DNA of 64,000 nucleotides from Castellaniella defragrans. Its GTDB lineage: Bacteria; Pseudomonadota; Gammaproteobacteria; Burkholderiales; Burkholderiaceae_B. A model generated the notes under the pieces. The model ran no database searches, was not told the origin of the DNA, and saw nothing but the letters and a program-made list of their open reading frames with translations. Numbering within the stretch: the stretch's first letter is position 1; every line of letters starts with the position of its first letter. The translations under genes were made by a program, and so were the position numbers. The DNA lies in assembly GCF_040394755.1 (NCBI RefSeq), contig NZ_JBEBRQ010000003.1, one strand, 5' to 3'. This document shows, piece by piece, positions 59,967 to 64,000 of this stretch.

Positions 59967-62252
59967 TCAGAACGAGGTCGTGGCCTCCAGAAAAAACGTG
60001 CGGCCGGGCTGGTTATAGGTGCGGGCGCCAGCGCCGTAGATATAGTTGGCCGTCGCGAGATTCACCCCGATGGCATTGCCCGCGCGGAACAGGCGCTTGT
60101 CGAACACATTGTCCACGCCCAGCGTTACGCGCAGGTGCTTGCTGAACTTGTACTGGGTGCTCAGGCCAAAGAGCGCGTAGGGCGATATCGTGTCCGTGGC
60201 GCTGCCGGTCAGAGGATCGCCATAGTAGTCGTACTTGGGCCCCTCCTGCTCGCCATAGAACGTGGCCTTGGCGCGCAGGGACCAGGCCGGGGTCACGGAC
60301 CAGTCCAGGGTGCTGTTGACGGTGTACTCGGGGATGGTCGAGAGGTGTTCGCCGGTGTCCTTGTTCTTGGACTCGATCATGTAGGTGACGTTGGTCGACC
60401 ATAACCAGTCCGGGGCGAACGGCCAGGTCAGGTTGCCTTCGAGACCCTGAACGACGGCGCGGGGAATATTTGTCCATTCAAAAACGTTATAGGTATTGGC
60501 GCCGACGGCGAGCGTCGAGGTCGGCGTGCGCCCGGCCTCGATCTTGTCGCGATAGTCGTTATGGAAATAGGTCAGGCTGGCGCCCAGCCCGTCGCGGCCG
60601 CGGAATTCCACACCCAATTCCTTGTTGATGCTGGTTTCCGCATTCAGGTCGGCATTCCCCATGAGAAAGCAGCCGCTGCCGCCGTTGGGCGGATTGCCCC
60701 AGCAGCCATTGCCCGCGCTGTACAGCGCATAGCCGGAATTGCTCTGATAGAGATTGGGCGCCTTGTAGGCCCGCGCGATACCAGCCTTGACCGTCCATTC
60801 ATCGCTGATCAGGTAGGACAGGTTCAGCGATGGGCTCCAGTTGTTGCCATGCTGGGTATGATGGTCGAAGCGCAGGCCGGGCGTCACCGTCCAGCGCTCG
60901 CCGATATAGAGGTTGTCCTCGGCGAACAGCGAATAGATATTGGCGTGGGCCTTGGGCTGGTAGGCCACCAGCGGCGCGGGAACCGACGCCTGGGGATTGC
61001 GCTGCTTCAGGTCCGAGGAGTAGTCCTCCAGATCCTGACGCACCCATTCGAGACCGAAGGTGGCCATCTGGTCGATGCCGCCCCAATTCAGGCGGCGATT
61101 CAATTCGGTGTGCGCCGTCAGGGTCCGCAGATTGATGTCGCCGTTGCCGCCCCCGCTGGCAGCCGCCGTCGGGTCGTTGAAAATGCCCTCCGTGCCCCCC
61201 GCCAGGCCTTCCAGCAGGCGGGTATTGCGCGTCTGCTCGTACTGCAGGTAGCTGAGCGTGTGCGTGGCGGCATTCCATTCGCCGGTATGCATGACCCAAT
61301 AGTTCTGCCGGTAGATCCGGTTGGTCTCGCCGCCCAGTTCGGCCTGGACAGTGGCGTTGCGGTTGGTATTTTGCGTGTCGCCGACGTAGATGTTGCCCTG
61401 ACGCCCGTAGTCCACCCCGAAGTCGATCTTGTGACCCGCGGCGGGCGTCCAGCTCAACATGCCGCTGATGTCGCGGTTCTTGAACCCTTCGCGTCCGGCG
61501 GGGAACGTGCCGAGATTGCTGCCGCCGCGCGCCGAAGCATGGTCCTTGTTGATATCGTAGGCATCGCCCTGGAAGTTCACCGCGCTGCCGAACAGGCGGA
61601 AATTCAGACTGTCGGTCAGCGGACCGGACAGGCCGAAGGTCGTGCGCGCGGTTGCCCCCTCATCGCTGTGATGCGGCGCCGTGATCAGCGCCGAGAGCGA
61701 TCCGCTGAGCGTGTCCGAGGGCGGCCGGGTGATGATGTTGACCACGCCGCCGGCCGCGCCGTTGCCGTAGCGCGCCGCGGCGGGGCCGCGCAGAACCTCG
61801 ATGCGCTCGATCATTTCCGGCGGGACCCAGTTCGTATCGCCGCGCGTGTCGCGCTCGCCGCGCCAGCCGAAGCGCACCGCGCCGCGCGAGGAAACGGGCC
61901 GGCCGTCGATCAGGATCATGGTGTTTTCCGGGCCCATGCCGCGGATGTCGATCTGACGATTGTTGCCGCGCTGGCCGCTGGAGGAATTGCCGGTGAGGTT
62001 CACGCCGGGCATGGCGCGGATGATTTCCGACACGTCATTGATGGGCGGCGATTTCGCGATGTCGGATGCCGTGATGGTCGACGCGCCCGGGGTCTGCTTG
62101 AGTTCCTGCTCGGCCTTGACGACCACGCGCTCGAGCTGGGTCACTTCGCTGGCCGATTGCGATTGTGCGCCGGCGGGGACGGCGGCCGCACCGAGGACCA
62201 TGAGCAGTCCGGCAGACGGCACGGCGCGGCCCTTGGGCTTGAAGGCGATCAT
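59967..62252 (-). CDS. fepA: TonB-dependent ferric-enterobactin-type siderophore receptor (FepA/PfeA/BfeA family)
   Basis: QRGNNRQIDIRGMGPENT, RGERDTRGDTNWVP, GPAAARYG.GAAGGVVNIIT, terminal Phe. Confidence 0.85.
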   Translation of the reverse strand: MIAFKPKGRAVPSAGLLMVLGAAAVPAGAQSQSASEVTQLERVVVKAEQELKQTPGASTITASDIAKSPPINDVSEIIRAMPGVNLTGNSSSGQRGNNRQIDIRGMGPENTMILIDGRPVSSRGAVRFGWRGERDTRGDTNWVPPEMIERIEVLRGPAAARYGNGAAGGVVNIITRPPSDTLSGSLSALITAPHHSDEGATARTTFGLSGPLTDSLNFRLFGSAVNFQGDAYDINKDHASARGGSNLGTFPAGREGFKNRDISGMLSWTPAAGHKIDFGVDYGRQGNIYVGDTQNTNRNATVQAELGGETNRIYRQNYWVMHTGEWNAATHTLSYLQYEQTRNTRLLEGLAGGTEGIFNDPTAAASGGGNGDINLRTLTAHTELNRRLNWGGIDQMATFGLEWVRQDLEDYSSDLKQRNPQASVPAPLVAYQPKAHANIYSLFAEDNLYIGERWTVTPGLRFDHHTQHGNNWSPSLNLSYLISDEWTVKAGIARAYKAPNLYQSNSGYALYSAGNGCWGNPPNGGSGCFLMGNADLNAETSINKELGVEFRGRDGLGASLTYFHNDYRDKIEAGRTPTSTLAVGANTYNVFEWTNIPRAVVQGLEGNLTWPFAPDWLWSTNVTYMIESKNKDTGEHLSTIPEYTVNSTLDWSVTPAWSLRAKATFYGEQEGPKYDYYGDPLTGSATDTISPYALFGLSTQYKFSKHLRVTLGVDNVFDKRLFRAGNAIGVNLATANYIYGAGARTYNQPGRTFFLEATTSF

Positions 62253-62304
62253 CGATCATTACCTCTCGTTTTGTATGGATAGGGGAAAAATTCCTATGAA
62301 TATA

Positions 62305-62323
62305 AACGAGAATGATTCTTATA
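62305..62323. promoter_or_regulatory. Probable Fur box
   Basis: AACGAGAATGATTCTTATA, 7-1-7 with 5/7 consensus match per arm, ~53 bp upstream of the receptor start. Confidence 0.65.
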
Positions 62324-62462
62324 ATCAAATTTTTCTTAGGATAAATCAGGAAACACCTGTTGCATCGCGCCTGCGGCGCGGGACCGATTCAGACGCCCGC
62401 CAGCAGCCAACGTCAGCCCGGCATCAAGGCATCGCGCGGCGCCGTCTGGCGGCGGCCGTGCC

Positions 62463-63272
62463 CTACCCGCCAGTCCGATCCGGTTTGCTTGCCAGGCGGC
62501 GGGCGCGCGAGGCTACGGCGCGGCGCGACATTTCCGAATCCAGGATCAGCCGCCCATGCAGCCTGCCGTGCAGGCGCCGCACCGAAACCTGCGCATCCTG
62601 CATATGCTCGCGCATGAGGGTACGTACCGTATCGACATCCCGCTCCCTGGCGGCCGCCAACAGCCGTCGGTGAAACTCGACATTGTTGGCGCCGAAATGC
62701 TGCTGTTCATGCATCTGCATCTTGTTGTCATATACCGTGAGCTGGCGCAGCATTTGATTGATCATTTCGCAGACGAACCGCAGGAAAGGGTTGGGGCTGG
62801 CGGCCGCCAGGATGTCATGAAAGGTCATGTCCTCCTGGCGCTGCGAGAATTGATCGGCATTGGGATCACGAATCGGATCGCATTCCTGGATATTGCGCTC
62901 CAGCGCATCGAACTGCGCCTCGGTCAGGTGCGGGACAGCGCTGGCGGCAAGCTCGGGCTCAATGAGCATACGGGCCTGATAGATATCGTCGATGGAGACT
63001 TCTTTGAAAAACAGATAGTTCTGCATCAACTGAAAGGCCCGGTCCAGCGGAACCTCGACGGCCATCCCGCCGCCGCTCGGCCCGGTGGACACCCGGATCA
63101 GGCCCTGCACCTCCAGCGATTTCAAAGCCTCGCGCACCGTGCTCTTGCTGACATTGAACATTTCCTGCAGCTCGATCTCGCGCGGCAGGCGATCGCCCGG
63201 CAGCAGGTTCTTCGCCGTCATCAACCGCTTGATTTCCTCGGCGATCAAATCGCTGCGCTTGGGTTGCGCCAT
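62463..63272 (-). CDS. GntR/FadR family regulator
   Basis: GDRLPREIEL...VSKSTVREALKSLE..GL wHTH; FCD domain with FHDIL..NPFL and H..L. Confidence 0.92.
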   Translation of the reverse strand: MAQPKRSDLIAEEIKRLMTAKNLLPGDRLPREIELQEMFNVSKSTVREALKSLEVQGLIRVSTGPSGGGMAVEVPLDRAFQLMQNYLFFKEVSIDDIYQARMLIEPELAASAVPHLTEAQFDALERNIQECDPIRDPNADQFSQRQEDMTFHDILAAASPNPFLRFVCEMINQMLRQLTVYDNKMQMHEQQHFGANNVEFHRRLLAAARERDVDTVRTLMREHMQDAQVSVRRLHGRLHGRLILDSEMSRRAVASRARRLASKPDRTGG

Positions 63273-63421
63273 GCTGCGCGCCGCGACCTGTCGCCTGCCC
63301 TCTGTCCCGTCCAACACTTTTTGCTCCCCATCGATCTTATCGAGCGCCGAAATCCCCCCGGCGGCGACCGCCGCGGCAGGTGGCGAAAGGCATCTCCGGG
63401 TTTCACCCGAGGCGAATCCGC

Positions 63422-63484
63422 TTGACACGGGAATCCCGAAAATTCATTATACCCACAATCCTATTTATCATTATAAATAGGATT
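63422..63484 (+). promoter_or_regulatory. Sigma70 promoter with overlapping 12-bp inverted-repeat operator
   Basis: TTGACA(63422)-N17-CATTAT(63445); AATCCTATTTAT-CATT-ATAAATAGGATT at 63457-63484. Confidence 0.7.
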
Positions 63485-63572
63485 ATTCATCAAGAGGCGC
63501 CGGCACCAACCGGAACGACGCAGACAAGACCTCATCCATTGACAAGCCGCCCCCGGCGGCCAGGAGACATCA

Positions 63573-64000
63573 CGTGAATCGCCGCGATCTACTCAAATTG
63601 ACAGCGCTGAGCACCCTCCCAGGATCCCTGCTGCCACTGCGCTCCGCTCTGGCTCAGGCCGACGCCATCCAGTTCGGCTGTCCCGTCCCGATTTCCGGCG
63701 CATTCGCCGCCAACGGCAAGTTCGCCGACATCGGCATGAAGCTGGCGCTGGAGGAATACGGCAAGGTTCTGGGCAGGCCCCTGGCCTACACCGCACTGGA
63801 TACGGAAGGCAAGCCCGCCACCGCCGTGCGCAAGGTGCAAGAGGCGGCGCAGCAGAAAAATGCCCGGTTCTTCGCGGGCGGCATCCTGTCCTCCGAATCG
63901 CTGGCCATGGGCAAGGAAATCGAGCGCCTGGGCGGCGTATTCATCACCACGGCCGGGGCCGACGAAATCACCGGCAAGGACTGCAACCACGCCACATTCC
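63573..64000 (+). CDS. ABC transporter substrate-binding protein (LivJ-like), Tat signal, truncated at window end
   Basis: AGGAG RBS, GTG start, MNRRDLLK Tat motif, PISGAFAANG, DTEGKPATAVRK; no stop before 64000 so absent from the ORF track. Confidence 0.85.

Noticed and set aside
60561-62282. 573-aa + strand ORF, and similar long ORFs such as 75..1151, 14235..15407, 35677..36897, 38917..40449 and 57357..59141
   Set aside because: Antisense or frame shadows of well-supported genes, expected in high-GC DNA; no motifs and unnatural composition.

Overview
High-GC betaproteobacterial chromosome segment. Gene order and protein sequences (hemE-priA-rep, BfeA/FepA-like receptor) suggest Alcaligenaceae of the Castellaniella/Bordetella type; this is inference. 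Left arm (1-17.4 kb): FAH-family hydrolase and maiA; a small unknown gene; a self-contained catabolic unit (dmpFG, TRAP transporter, FAD-linked 2-hydroxyacid dehydrogenase, IclR); rep, priA, hemE with a DnaA-box/IHF cluster between priA and hemE; an atypical receiver-Fis regulator, yqaE, an IS3 end remnant and hsp20. Centre (17.6-56.6 kb): a ~39 kb surface-glycan super-locus bracketed by two paralogous WaaL-like ligases and ending in rfaH. It holds (i) a Wzm/Wzt-dependent rhamnan system with both dTDP-L-Rha and GDP-D-Rha pathways, a 1200-aa methyltransferase/coiled-coil/repeat/RgpF/GT4 fusion and a second methyltransferase, and (ii) a Wzx/Wzy/Wzz system making 2,3-diacetamido-uronic acids (wbpB/D/E/I). 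The second system carries a membrane-anchored homologue of heparan-sulfate D-glucuronyl C5-epimerase, the best candidate for an undescribed activity here. Both operons begin with a near-identical leader: a CGTTCA-N5-TGAACG palindrome plus a 37-bp ops element. Right arm: DUF2238, pgi, a catalytically degenerate RAYT-like gene followed by a REP-like palindrome, a probable Fur-regulated TonB receptor, a GntR regulator and a truncated ABC substrate-binding protein. No rRNA, tRNA or CRISPR array was recognised. All family assignments come from motif recognition by eye; no database search was run.
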